Part shown: piece after piece, positions 63,798-64,000 of the stretch
Numbering within the stretch: the stretch's first letter is position 1
How the letters are laid out: each line of letters opens with the position of its first letter
Assembly: GCA_040954595.2 (NCBI GenBank)
Contig: CM082598.2
Location: 7,145,097-7,209,096, forward strand
From: Balanoglossus misakiensis
Taxonomy: Eukaryota; Animalia; Hemichordata
Length of the DNA: 64,000 nt
Direction of reading: 5' to 3'
Translations under genes and position numbers: made by a program
The notes under the pieces: model-generated
Seen by the model: the letters and a program-made list of their open reading frames with translations, nothing else
What the model was told of the DNA's origin: nothing
Database searches by the model: none

Positions 63798-64000
63798 TCC
63801 TGTGTTTTATATATGCTGACTATTGATTATGTGTGAGTAATTTGGGGGAGCATGAGGGGCGCCCTCAGTGCCCATCAGGGTCCTTAATTGATCACGCATG
63901 CGCCTTATCATCACAGTTAGTTTTCATAGCGTTTCTGACTTGTTCAAGCTGGGAGCTTTCTTTGCAATCCCTCCCACCCACCCATAGCCTTGCAATGTCT

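Larger units (their letters stand above)
59431..64000 (+). mobile_element. Ngaro-like (DIRS order) tyrosine-recombinase retrotransposon, 5'-truncated, running to the window edge
   Basis: Order gag(ZnF), RT-RNase H, tyrosine recombinase. No methyltransferase domain after RNase H, which favours Ngaro over DIRS1. Confidence 0.9.

Overview
Eukaryotic (probably invertebrate; inferred from repeat types, not provable here) repeat-dominated window. About 70% is a large AT-rich satellite array (~11.9-59.4 kb) built from 79-bp and 88-bp monomers, with nested kilobase-scale higher-order duplications. Its left edge is interrupted by a TTAA-flanked element, a piggyBac remnant and a further TTAA-starting fragment, and one clean Helentron-type (HINE/DINE-1-like) insertion sits inside it. 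Left of the array are several Helentron-type non-autonomous elements carrying 239-, 216- and 145-bp internal tandem repeats, a 141-bp minisatellite, a short DIRS/Ngaro RT-RNase H fragment and a PIF/Harbinger-type MITE. There is also a five-exon, divergent cyclin A/B-like gene on the minus strand that the ORF track shows only in fragments; it carries an apparent in-frame stop and a 1-bp frameshift. The right end is a 5'-truncated Ngaro-like tyrosine-recombinase retrotransposon (gag with zinc finger, intact RT-RNase H, recombinase) followed by a predicted structured 3' region. Nearly all ORFs in the satellite are repeat artefacts. I see no clear evidence of a wholly new system; the best leads are the divergent cyclin, the repeat module shared between Helentron families, the captured ORF in the TTAA element and the 3' structure of the retroelement.
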